Of a DNA stretch of 64,000 nt, positions 13,936 through 27,985 are shown piece by piece (positions within the stretch are counted from its first letter, which is position 1; every line of letters begins with the position of its first letter). Made by a program: the position numbers and the translations under genes. The notes under the pieces are model-generated. The model was not told where the DNA came from. It saw only the letters and a program-made list of their open reading frames with translations, and searched no databases. The stretch lies in assembly GCF_009914755.1 (NCBI RefSeq), contig NC_060926.1; one strand, 5' to 3'. This DNA is from the human T2T-CHM13v2.0 reference genome, Homo sapiens.

Positions 13936-14869
13936 GTTAGTATAGTAAATTTGCATGGCTCAAAATTCAAATAGGTTGTTTCAAAGCTTCTAGAACTAAA
14001 AACTAATTGCTAAATTTAAATTTAGCTTCTTTGCTGTTTTTAAATTTTAAAATCGGTCTGTCTTTTTTTTCCTAGCACATGATGGAATGAAAGATAATGT
14101 TTTTCAACTAGCAAACATTCTGAGAATGTTAGCCCTCCAACATTCTGATTGTTAGTATAAGGGGTAGATATTGATAAGAATCTCAAGTTTTAAAAGATCT
14201 GAAATTAAAGATTAACTCTTTCATTACTGTATTCCCCTGGGTGTATGTATATAATGTGTGTATTAAGTATATTCAGCTTTCAAAGATACTAAATCCAACA
14301 TTTTCGCAGTCTCCACATCTGTCATTTGTAATTTTAATGTTTACCTTAAAGGCATGTGTACAAGCACCTGTGTTTTTCTGGAGAGGAAAAGGAGAATAAA
14401 ACAATGCAGATGCTTGGAAGGCTCCCAGTTAAGGGGTGGGAGGCAGGAAGGAGCTGGTGGAAGGAAAGGGTGCTGCTCTAGGGGGAGAGAGAGGGAGTGG
14501 TGCCAGTGGCAGGGGCATTAGGGAGACCGGGCGGGGGTGGGGAGGGCTTTGGATTAATCAAGGACAGGAGGTCATTGGGGATTTTAGAAGGTTACACTGG
14601 ATACATTTCCATTAAGCTTCACGATATCCCACAGGTCCATTCTGTGTGAAATGGTCTAAAAATTTCCTGTTCTCATGCTTCATTTTTTTCTTTTAGTAAT
14701 ATTCCTAATTGTGTAAAATAGTATTTCTTTTCATTTATCTTAATTATGTTATATTAAGATATCATGTGTATGCTTAAATTATACTTTTGGGCTTCAAATG
14801 AGTGACCCCACCCAGACCTTCTTCCCTCTCCCCGACCAAAGCCGTCTTTAGCTTTCTGAAACCAGCTGA

Positions 14870-15227
<358 letters not shown>

Positions 15228-15779
15228 GATGCGACATTTTAAAAATGTATACTCAAGACACGTAAAGATGGCCTTCAGGGCATTTGCACTCTGTGGATAA
15301 GGGCTCTCCAGTGGACGGGTGGCAGCAGGCTGTCACACTCCACCCACCTTTCTGGCACCCCAGGGCTGAGCTATAGCCCGCAGGCGGGCTGGGCTGAAGA
15401 AAGATTGAAAATTTTGCAATAAATGGAATTTTAGTTACCCAAGGAGATAAGACAAGGAGTTTACTGACAACGCAGTGTGAAACTCAGTAATTACGAATCG
15501 TGCTAGGGATATGAGATTGTGAAAAGCAGTACTAGATACACCCCTGGCATCACCAAGACACAAACACTGAAGGTGAAAATACAGCTTAGAATCTCCAGTT
15601 GTTAAGAATCTCTGCTGTACTGTTTGTGCCTCGCGTCTTTAGATAAACTAGCGTTCCTGGGCTCCTAGTGTTGGCTCGGTTGTGCTGTTCCATGTTCGCC
15701 TTTTGAATGGGATGGGGGTGCTTTTGGAGTCGTAAGGAAGTGCTTGTCACTTAAACGTGTTTTCTTCTTTGGTGCTCAG

Positions 15780-15842
15780 AATTCCAGCTACAGCGGTGAC
15801 AGCAGATTCTCTACTTTGTCATCATCCAGGGAGGAGAAGTTG
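15780..15842 (+). CDS. LRRFIP1: Candidate 63-nt cassette exon NSSYSGDSRFSTLSSSREEKL
   Basis: tttcttctttggtgctcag|AATTCC...AAGTTG|gttggt; phase 0, open, Ser-rich like neighbouring exons. Confidence 0.65.
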
Positions 15843-16635
15843 GTTGGTTTCCATTTAAATCTTTCACATTCTCTTCAGAAACCGCAGATTTTGTAGCATG
15901 CAATCTTGTGTGTGTGGATTCAGCTCTACTTTTCTCTTTCGGTGTCTGTTTGACGGATTTTTGTTTGGGTAGCTGTGTTATTGACGTGAAAAGCAGCAGT
16001 TAACATGAGCTCCTTCATTCAGATGTACTCCAGTGTGCTGCGTTTGACCACACCAGCTCGAATGTGAATTGTGGCATTCAGCTGGCTGCAATGAAAGGAC
16101 GTGTTTTTGTGTATATTTTCTAATTAGAATTAATCAAAAGGAAAAAAATAATTAGAAGAATGCTCTTGAATTCTTGAGAGTTTCTGAAAACAGAACTACT
16201 TTGAAGAGTACATGCAAACTTTGTGGTGGTTTCTTGGGCATGGACTAGACTTGGAAGGAAAATCCAGAGTCTCATCCAAATCCACATGTTTACACAACAG
16301 AGTTCCTTCCCATTCTCTACAAACATGCATCGGTCTTGATAAACATAATTTCTAAATTGTTTAAGAGCCCTAAAATTGCTAAGGCTTGTTGGTGTTTGTT
16401 TAGGTTCACATTTACTCAGCAAAATTGGGACTAGTTTAGGTAGGAAAATCAAGCAGGCCCTGGGATCACAAAGCTAAGCAGAGGAGGTGGGTGCTCTCCA
16501 GGCACTGACATCTAGAACAGAAGCCACCGGCACCGGAGACCAGTACAGGAGTGAACAGATGAGTAGATAGAATGGGAGGGAGACACTGGTTTTGCCAGGA
16601 AAAAAGATGTGAGCTGAACCTTAATAAATAGGAAG

Positions 16636-17145
<510 letters not shown>

Positions 17146-18331
17146 TCAGAAAATGAAATCTATGCAATTCCTCTGCGATTTCCTTTAGCCACTCCCATGT
17201 ATCATTGACCTCATTAAAATGCTTCTAGAAGAAATAGCTCTGACCCTTCCCCGCCCTGTCCCCAATTTCCAGCCCCTATTCTCGTTTCCCTCCCGGGGGG
17301 TTGGGGGGTATCTTTTTCTTGCCAGGGCACTTCTTCCTCACCTCTTCACCCCTTGTCCAACCCCTTCATGTCCAGGGAGACTGCAGAAGGTGCTGGCAGC
17401 TCCATGGCGCCCACTGCTTGCCACCTTTCTCAACCCTTCCCATAGTCCCCCAGTCTGTAATAAATCCCCCCACTGTAAGCTGATGGCCCTTCTGTCCCCC
17501 AATACGTGAATTTTGACTCAGTATATGATCAGCTGTGAACACCAAAGCATCGGTGGGTTTAACACCTTGAAAAAGGCTTTGGGCATTTTCTTAATTCAAG
17601 AGATTTTGCTGTTGCAGAGGGCACTTAGTCATTAAGAAAACTTCATTTCCAACTCATTTTCGATAAGCTGAGTTACTTGCTCTAAAATAAAAGATGGCAA
17701 TAAATATCTCATCTTTGGATATGAACGATTCACCCAAGTTCAGCCTGCATCTGACTCACTTCAGTCCATTTAAGAGAAATAACCCACATCCAAAGGGTTA
17801 AACATCAGAATGAGAGCTGACTCATTCAAACAGGGCCACATGTGAACTCGCCCTGAGCCCTGTGTGCCCGTGATTTGCTGCCCGAGGGCTCTTGTACTCA
17901 CCCACCCTCAGAACCTTCCTGGAAATTGTGCTCTGTAGACATCTATTGCTGCCCAGTACGTGGTGCGTTTAATTTTATTTAAATATAATAATGGAAAGGT
18001 ATCAGTGTAGAATGTAGTATTGATGACTCTTCCTAATATCAATTAAAATTTATTTCAATATTTAATATCAACTAAAATTAAATATTTTTTTCTGTGCGTG
18101 AACTCAAAAGTCCTAATTTGGCCCCATCTCCTAGTTTTGTCAGTTGCCTGGCCCAGCCGTCTTTATTTCCTTCTGACCCTCGTTCTCTCCCTCCCCCGTG
18201 AGTGCATGCCTGTTACTGTTTTGGTTGTATAAGGTAATCGTCTCTGAACTCACTGGACTGATGTACCTTTGCGATGCCGTGAGGGTGTGAGCCTCTCTCT
18301 CCTCTCTGCTGCCCATTTGCTCTGATTACAG

Positions 18332-18409
18332 GGACTCTCCGGCTCCAGCCTTGGGCTTGCCGGTGGTGGCCTGGCTCCCACACCCCTGTCTGCCCCAAAT
18401 GGAAGCTGG
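18332..18409 (+). CDS. LRRFIP1: Candidate 78-nt cassette exon GLSGSSLGLAGGGLAPTPLSAPNGSW
   Basis: ctgattacag|GGACTC...AGCTGG|gtctgt; phase 0, open; resembles a rodent Lrrfip1 segment as I recall it. Confidence 0.6.
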
Positions 18410-19773
18410 GTCTGTCTCCTTTTCACATCACTTTGTCGCTCCTTCCCTTTCCTTCTGTGCATCACTTTAATTGCTGATTACATTTAGTGGATAGTTCAGC
18501 CTCCTCTACACAAAGTCACAAGAGCAAAGCTTAGCAACTGTTTTAATTGGCTTGACTAGTTTGCTAAGACTTTTGTCAATCTTTTAGAAAAACCATGTCA
18601 AATAAGTTAGAACCTATATAGAAAAGGAGACTTAAGGAAAAGGAGGGTTTTATTAAATGCATATTTTCAAAAACTCGAGTCCAAAAAATTGGTCTCTTGG
18701 GTCTCTCCTCCTTTTCCAGCAATTGTTCCCCATTTGGGGTTTCATTTGTTTTTTTAAAAATATTTTTTCTCTTGTAAATGTGTCCAGGAAGCAATTTGGA
18801 AGGTTTTTGTGCCTAATCTGCCTCCTTGGTCCCTGAGAAGTGGACAGAACAGTGTTATTCCTTTGGCTGGGTCTCCCCGCTGTTTCCTGTTTTTACAAGG
18901 TCAGGTTCAGGTCCGGCCCTGAGGTGCTTGGCCTGTTAGCTATAGGTATCGAGTCTTATTCTAATCCAAGGAAGTCGGTGTCAGAGGTGAAAGTACACGT
19001 CCTATTTGGAGGTTGAACTGTCCCTCTCCCTTGCATGTCGACTGGAGCTGCTGAGTGATCACCGCCTGGCCGTGCACCTTGCCTGACTTGCTCAGTGTGC
19101 CCTGGAAATGAGTCCAGATTCTGTCCCGTGGCACAGTCTCTGGACACTGGGAGCTGCCCTTGTGTCCCAGCCTGTCCCTTCACCAGCACTGCCTCCCCCT
19201 GACGTGTGTGCTAGGCAGGATTCTCCTTTGACAGGGCTAGACCGCGGCTCCTCTGGGGGTGCCTCCCACACCAGCTGAGGCAGCCTTGCAGTGACTCCCT
19301 TTGTGTCTTGAAGACTGTCGCTGGGCCCCTGGCATAGAAATAAAGACTCTTCCTGCTCCTGTCTTCATGTGTGGACATCTGCGTATTGAATACTGCCAAG
19401 TGTGTCGTTAACCTTGGATTTGAGCTGTGGGTTTTGTTGCTGTTGTTGTGTTGACCTTGTCACCATTCTGTCTCATCCCCTGACCCTTTCTTCCAGGAAT
19501 GCCTGAAATGACTAGAAATGATCGTGTTTTAAAGATGCTGGGAAGTTTACTGTTTTAAAGTTAAAAATCATCTCAGTTATCTTTCTTGTAAATTTTGGAT
19601 TTGCATCTATCAAATTTGCAGAAAACACGGTGCCTCGATCGGTTTGTTTCTGTTTAACCACTGTACAGCAGTTGGCTATGGTGAATGCTGAAACTATCGT
19701 GATGGCCTTTTGCTGTCATTTGTTGCTGTTTTTTCAAGGCTTTTAAAACCTGCCATTTGCTTTCATCCTCCAG

Positions 19774-19818
19774 CCCTCCTGTCTGTACAGCGCTGCCCGG
19801 CCTTCGGGGAGTTACCGG
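19774..19818 (+). CDS. LRRFIP1: 45-nt cassette exon PSCLYSAARPSGSYR
   Basis: catcctccag|CCCTCC...TACCGG|gtgcgt. Confidence 0.9.
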
Positions 19819-20251
19819 GTGCGTGTGCTGCCCACCCTGCTGCCCCGCACCCCCTCCCACTGTGCATGCACCGCCCCCACCAAGCCCAGAGCCGGGGATG
19901 TGCCTGTTCCCAGCCCCCTGGGGGAAGTTGCACCTTCACGTGGAGCTTACATGTGCCAGTGGGGAATGTCTGTCCCCTTTGGCCAGATCTGGGTTTTCTC
20001 TCCCCCGATTGTTGACTGTAGCTGCCACACTGCTCTGTCTCCAGGAAGCCTTGTGTTTGCTGGGATCGTTAGGCAGGAATGGAACAACAGCAATGTTTAC
20101 TTTACCTATTGGCAGAAAGAATGGTGGCTTTTTAATGCTTTGGTAACCTGGACAGATACTAATCCATGTTACTATATTACTTTGGAAATTTCCAGTTTTA
20201 AATATAAGTACTTATGCTATGCAAGAAACGTAAAGTAAATACTCAAAGTAG

Positions 20252-20579
<328 letters not shown>

Positions 20580-21267
20580 ATTAATAACTTTCTGAATTTC
20601 CATCAGATTGCATACTTATGTGTTTGATATATTAATAAATGGCTGAGCAAACTAGTATGTCCTCAAGGGAAAATAGGGAAATTAAAGTTCCTTTATACCG
20701 GGCAAAGTTTGACATCACCATTTGTGGCAGTGTAAGCTCCTGTTTACCCACGTTGATTAATTAAGTAGCATTTTCCAGTTAACCAATTACTCTTTCTTCT
20801 ACTTAGCAACTTTTAAAGGGTTATAAAATATTTAACATTAAAACTATAATTAACATAATTTGATATTTTATCCCAAAGTCACTTCACATAAGAGTAATTT
20901 TCTAAGCATCAAGTATGAGAATGCCATGACAAAATTCAGGATGTTCGAATTATCTGCTCATTTTAACCTGGATTAACAAGTTTTCACTTAGGCCTGGGAT
21001 GTTTTCCAAAGTAATAGATTTAAATGGTCTGTTGGAGATTACATTGCACACCTCCTGACAACGACTAAAACCGGTCTCTCCTCATTTCCTTGTCGCACTC
21101 TGCAACCCTTTGAAGAGCTGGAAAGGTGGTTCTCAGCCTCCCCTGCATGCTTTTTCAGGTCATGCTCCTGGCACGTGTCAGTTTTTCACAGCTCACGTTT
21201 TCAGCACTTTCTGGGCACTCTTGGAGAAAGGAAGAGCGCCCATCCTGACAGTCTCTTTTGGTCGCAG

Positions 21268-21333
21268 GCGTCTGTGTTGGATGAAGGCAGCTTCGGTGGG
21301 ACCCGACGGGGCAGCACCTCCGGCTCCCGTGCT
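21268..21333 (+). CDS. LRRFIP1: 66-nt cassette exon ASVLDEGSFGGTRRGSTSGSRA
   Basis: ggtcgcag|GCGTCT...CGTGCT|gtaagg. Confidence 0.92.
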
Positions 21334-24090
21334 GTAAGGCGCTTTCGGTGATACCTCCTTTCCCCCGTGCCTGCTGCATGGCCTGGGGATGCTCGCTGGG
21401 CAGGGTCCAGCCGTGGGGGGTGACTGGCCATTCTCAGGAGGAAGCGCCGAGTCACCGGGCTAACCGCCACCTTCCATTGTAATGAAGGTCACAAATAATG
21501 TGAATCAGGAAACCTCTGGTTGTTGGTTTCATGTCCTCACTCATCAGGGAGAGTAACTTGCACTGAGTTTCATCTGCTCTCTCTGCAGCACGCCAACCAT
21601 ACTAACAGGTGGTGAAACCGTCTTCGGTTAATAAAAACGGGAAAAGGACAACTTGACAGACCACACATCATTCTCGTCCCTGGATAGTTGAGGAAGAGGA
21701 ACAAATTTTAAAACTTGGAATGTTACGCATATTTCATTCCCTGTTTGTATTTTGTTGTCTCTCTACCTCTTTCTTCAATTTGAAATGATAGGCTCAGCTA
21801 TGAGGGTAAAGATGTAATAGGTGCACCATAAACATTTGTGAATGAATGCGTGAGAAAAGCAACAAGGTAGAAAAATGAGCTGGAACCCGTGGAAGTGGGG
21901 AGACGAATTTGCGTGTCCCAGGGACCTGTGGAAACGGAGCGTTCAGTGCTAACCGGTGCTCCCTGGCGGTGGATCTCCTGTATTCAGAGGCTCCTCCCCA
22001 ATCCTATAAAAATGTCTTCAAGCCCTCCAGGAAATAGAAAGGTTTACTAAGAAATACTTGAAATGCTTTTATAATTTTGCTTTTGAAGTTTATCAGCTAC
22101 TTACTTGACTAAATCCAGTTTTATGACTTACTATGCTATTTGTCCAGCCATCATGGATATTCATGAATTCTTATGGTGTAAGCCAGTCTAACCTACAGTT
22201 TTCTTTAAAATGTAATTTATGAATATTAAATCCAGTAGTTGACATAGCATTCGTTTTTGTCGACAACTGATTACACATTTATCAACTTTTATATTACATA
22301 AGTTGTTCAGTATTTTGCAGCCCACTATATAACATATTTTTCCCAGTTGGTAAACATTTTCATAGGCCATTAGAAAGCTCATAAACCATGCATGAAGAAT
22401 GAAATAGCCCTGCCTATGATGTGATGGATAAAGCACAACTAATGATTTTCTTTTGTCAGAAAAGAGGGAGAATACTAATTCAAGAGAAATTTCCCCCAAG
22501 CACCAGGTGGTTTTCTGGTGGCTTCAGTAGAGAGTCTAAGATCTGGCAGGACGGAGGGCTCCTGATGCTCTCCAGATGCTACTGTGTCACGTCTGAGATG
22601 GGCTTCGGGAGTCGTCAGCCCTAGATCCTTGGCCTTCATTGCTCTTCTGCGAGCAGTGATTTCTGTGCTTTTAGCCCCCACAAGAATTGCCTGGGAGTGA
22701 TGGCCTTAGAGAGTTAAGAAAACAGGAGGTCATCTTGTCCTGACAGCACAGCTGCCTAAAATAGGGATGGTCAGCTCTGCTGTGAGCAGGAAATTAGCAC
22801 CATGAGGAAGACGGAAGGGACAAAGAAGTTCCTGACCTCCCAACCTCTGCCATCGTTTCCCTGGAACCCTCACAGTTCCCCTCCAAGTGGATACTCCGTT
22901 CCTTATGTTTACAGGAGGGCCTTGGGAGAGAGCCACCCCTGCTCTCGGTCCAGCGTGTAGGGAGGTTATGGCCCAGGACGGTGTCCAGAGCGGCCCCGGC
23001 GCCCAGGCCTGAGGTCCCAGCCCCAAGTGGTCGTGACCTCAGGGTCCAGGCTTCCCCCAGGCCTGCACAGACAGCCCTGGTCCTGCTGTGGAGGATTTGC
23101 CCTGCCCCTGGAGGACCAGGAATTGCCCCCGCGCAGCTCCTGAGTGTGAAGTGACTTTCTTCGGTGTTGTGACAAAGCTGGGACGTAGTCATCACCAGTG
23201 GCATTGTCTGATCCAGGAGCCGAGGAAGTTGTTTCTGGCAGAAAGTGGAAATAAGAAGCCCAACATGTACCCCCTTTCCTAGTCCTCAGCTCCTCCATTT
23301 GGCCCACGTCCTTACTTCCATGTCACAGATGCCGGGCTAAGGAACTTCCACAGCCACGTGGCCAACAAGAGATGGAGCCATGATTCAGACTTAAAGCTTT
23401 CTGACTTCTGCACATTAGCCACATAACTCCTAAACATAAGGTGCACGTGGACCGTGGCGATATAGACTTTCACTTTGTTCTTTTCTGCGTGATTAGGTCC
23501 AGTTGGAAGGTTTGAGAGCTGCTTTTGCTTAGGGAAGCTGGGGTGGGCAGTAAGCTCTATTCACAACAGTTCACTGTGTCTTTGCACCATAAACCAGGGC
23601 ATGAATGGCATAGGATGGAGAAGGATTTGCTGCAGGATGAAGTTTTCCTCTCTCTTACATCAGGAAACCCTCAGGCAAAATTCTTCTGCTTTAAAGTGTT
23701 GACATTAAGTGTTTTCCTTATTTTCAACAAGAATGCCAAAAAGTGAGGCTAGTAATACTGGTGATTTTCTTGTATATCTCAAATGTGGCATTGATGCTTT
23801 ACATGTGCTGTGTACACAGCAGTATTAATCTGTGAATCTGAAACAACGTCTTGCCCCTGAGTGTAAGTGTATAGTAAACATTTATCAAATAAAATAGAGG
23901 TGGATGGGTCTGGGGAACTTGCCCATCTTGTCCACAGCCCTGTACATTTAATGCTTTCAATTGACATTTGATGGTTATTTTAGTCTACAGTTGAAATCAT
24001 TCGTTCATTCAACAAGTATTTCTTGAGTTTGCCAGGCCTCATCTGGTCACTAGCCCTGGTGAGGAAACAAACTAAGAGATGGTATTTGAC

Positions 24091-24300
24091 ATGAGATCAT
24101 GAGCACCCCTGAAGATCTATATGAGATCACAAGCACCCCTGAAGATCTGGATGAGATCATGAGCACCCCTGAAGATCTGGATGAGATCTGGAGCACCCAT
24201 GAAGATCTGGATGAGATCTTGAGCACCCCTGAAGATCTGGATGAGATCTTGAGCACCCGTGAAGATCTGGATGAGATCATGAGCACCCCTGAAGATATGG
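24091..24300. repeat. Minisatellite, 7 x 30 bp (ATGAGATCNNGAGCACCCCTGAAGATCTGG)
   Basis: Seven head-to-tail near-identical units starting at 24091, 24121, ... 24271. Confidence 0.97.
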
Positions 24301-25231
24301 GCTTCCTTATAATTCGCAAGCAGGGCACTTCGGCAGGTCCCCAGCAGAGCCTGTGAGGCCAGCAGAGGGTTCTGTGCCCAGCACAGTGCAGGGTGTCCAG
24401 GGGCTGGAATGGAGGGGCCTTCAGCAGTGGCGAGGCTTGCTATATGGTGCTGCGTGGGTCTCTCTTGAAGATGCTCCTCAGGACATGTCGGGATCCTAAA
24501 TAGTGTTCAAATCCTGCCCCCGCCCCACCATGCCTTGCTCAGGAAGAATATGAGAATGTTTATAATAACGTGAAAATGTATCTAAGACTAGCAGATGTGA
24601 ACATAAATCAAAGTTACAAGGGCGTAGCTTCCAGATAATCGAGTTGCTGGTATTTTCCTTTACCAGAAGTGAGAAAGTTCAGGTAAATGGATAGACAGAT
24701 GTGTACATAGCAACCACCCAGGTAGAAGGTAATCTGGCAATTTAAAAAGCCATACATAATTTTGTATTAACCCTAACTCTCATTTTGCTTCCACTTGGAA
24801 AGATAGTGGAGAAGCAAAATTTTTGTTCCCTTGCTAAAGCGCCAAGCGCCCTGTGCAAGTCTTCAGTTTCTGTGCCGGAAGGCAGCTTAAGTTCTCAAAA
24901 CAGTCATTTCCACATCCACGGGGTGACTTTCTGTGTCTACACTAGGTGTGACTGCACACCCAATTGAACGGGTGCTTTGTGTTATTTTCTTCTTCCTAAC
25001 TCTGAGAAATTCTGTGTTCCTCTGATAATGTGATTGGCTTTTTTATTCTTAGCGAGCACTGATTTGAATATGCGTTTGCTGTCTAACCCTAACTCTCTTT
25101 TCCTTGCCGTGCGTGGCTAACCTCACCACTTACTGCAGCATGTTTTCTGTCGGCCTCTATTCTCCTTGCTCCTTTGCTGACCCTGTTCCTTTGTTTCTGG
25201 CTGCGTGTCCTGGCGGTGGCTGTGTGGGCAG

Positions 25232-25309
25232 CCCTCGGAGTACAGCGGCCACCTCAACTCCAGCTCCCGCGCCTCCTCCAGGGCCAGCTCGGCCCGGGCC
25301 AGCCCTGTG
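25232..25309 (+). CDS. LRRFIP1: 78-nt cassette exon PSEYSGHLNSSSRASSRASSARASPV
   Basis: gtgggcag|CCCTCG...CCTGTG|gtaagt; similar to the PSECSYYSSRISSARSSP segment of LRRFIP2. Confidence 0.93.
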
Positions 25310-26123
25310 GTAAGTCGGCCTCCTGGCCTTGCTCCTACTCAGTGTCACCCTCCCTCCCCCTTCCCTTATCCTCCTCTTCCAACGTCTCCAAATTTAGAAT
25401 ATTACTCTGCGGTGATATTATTAGGATTACATTGCTCAACTTTTCAAGGACCGTAAAAGAAATTGTTAGCTGTGCTTAGAGATGGGGATCTTAGAGGAGG
25501 CAAACTTTATACAAAGGGAGAAAATAATATAGCCATGTGCACGGATGTGTGGTTTTCTTTTTATGATTTAAAAATTTGAAGTATTGACTGTTAATGCTTT
25601 GCTTGAAGTGTTACCTGTGATCAGACCCCGACAGTGTTTAAGGTAAAGCGTGGCCTGTAGATCCCGGGACGCTCCCAGTTTGGCCCCAATCATTCGTTAC
25701 CCTCCTGGTTCTCAGATCCTTCGAAATGTGCAGATTTGCAGCCCTGCATCCTGCTTGTCACTCAGCGTGGCCCAAGTTTTGTTTCAGAAAATAGGAGCCC
25801 TATTAGGTCATCCCCAGCTTGTTAAGTCTCATTATTGTGTGTTTTCCCCTGGGTTGTTGGAATTTGACACAGTTTTACCTGATGTGATGCTTGAAGGCGA
25901 CCCTATGACTCTTTTTAAAGGAAGAGTTTGCAGGACGGTTTTGGACTGGGGCTTGTGGGAATGGAGGAGGGGAGGTGGGCACATGGCCGGGGAAACAGCT
26001 CCAGGCTGCACGACCAGACCAGCGTTCCCACCCTCAAGAGCCAGTGAGAAACCTTGGGGAGAAAAAGCAAAGATGGGCAAGGCTTCCCTGTTCGTCTCCA
26101 CTCATATCAAAATTTCCAGCCTG

Positions 26124-26438
26124 AGCTGGGTGTGGTGGCTCACATCTGTAATCCCAGCGTCATGGGAGGCTGAGGCAAGAGGATTTCTTGAAGCCAGGAG
26201 TTGGAGATCAGTTTGGCCAACATAGCAAGACCCCCCATCTCTAAACAGTAAAAAAAAAAAAAAAAATTAGCCAGGTGTGGAGGCACGCATCTGTAGTCGC
26301 AGCTACTCAGGAGGTTGAGGTGGGAGGATTGCTTGAGCCCAGGAGTTCGAGGTTGCAATGAGCTATGAGTGCCACTGCATTTCAGCCTGGACAACAGAGT
26401 GAGACCCTGCCTCTAGAAAACAAAAACAAAAACAAAAA
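26124..26438 (+). mobile_element. Alu (J-type)
   Basis: gaggattgcttgagcccaggagttcgagg AluJ-like right arm. Confidence 0.9.
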
Positions 26439-27526
26439 CTTCTCCCAGCCATCGAGAAGTTAAAATGTGGCTCTTAAGTTAGTTACTGAACACCATACTT
26501 CAGCGTGCTGATCCCTACAATTTCTGTAACGTTCCTAGTAATCAACCAAGAAGTCGCAGCGCTGAGACCTCCTGCTTGCGTGGATGTACCTTTTTTGGCG
26601 GGCTTTTCCTATTGTGGTGCTGGTGGTTTGTTTGTGTTTTAAATTAGATGCAGTCTTTTAAAACTGTGAGGTTTCCTACCTCGCACCTGATACCTGCATT
26701 CAGGTATCAGCAAATGCAGGTATCAGCTTCTTTGGGGGAAGAAAACCCAGGATCTCTGGCCACTTGACTCTGAGGCTGCCTTGCAGAACTGCACAGCCTC
26801 CACCCCACCCACTATTTTCGTGACCCCGAGGCCACGGCCCAGGTGCCATTCATCACTGTGCAGCATGGCTTTCCTGTGCTAGAGGAATGTTTATCTCCTC
26901 CATCCAGCCATGGAGAGCAGGAAAATAGAGTTCAATATGGGTGGGCATTGCAACGCCAGCGCCTCTTTCTCTGGGGGAAGACTCTCCCCTCTGTATAAGT
27001 TGCAGACACCCACTCTTGTCACACATTTGGCTCTGCCCACCTGGCCTCACAGGCATTTGAGTTTGTGTTCCACCCCTCCCCATCCCAGAGCCCAGCAGTC
27101 AGCAGTGAGAGAAGCCAAATGTGTGCAGGGAGTGCGAGGCGGCAGCTACCATGCAAACTCCAGGGGCACACCGCCCCCCAGTAATCTCTCCCCAGAGTGC
27201 ATCAGGCAATAACAGGAAGATACTCAGCTGTTCATTATGACATGATTTCCCATTTTCAAACCTGACAAGTTGGTCTTGATGCTGTTATTCAAATAACTGA
27301 AAGTAAATGGTTGTGAACAAGGAATTTCAGATCACAGACTCAGTAAGCCTGGCCAGCCCCCAAGGCTGTGTCTTCCTTAAAGTTGGGATCTCTGTATTAT
27401 CTCATACTCTATAGTAGAGCAATAAACATAAGCTGACTTATGTGATCACTTAAAACTACCAGGAAGAAACATTTTCCGTAATAAATTTAGTGTAGGATTG
27501 CTTTGTCTTCTCACACTCACTTTTCA

Positions 27527-27985
<459 letters not shown>

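Noticed and set aside
24091-24300. 30-bp repeat array as a CRISPR array or repeat-protein gene
   Set aside because: Units are contiguous with no unique spacers, there are no cas genes and the context is a primate intron. Open frames follow from a 30-nt stop-free unit.
25650-26225. 191-aa ORF
   Set aside because: Non-ATG start, no recognisable domain, and it ends inside an Alu.
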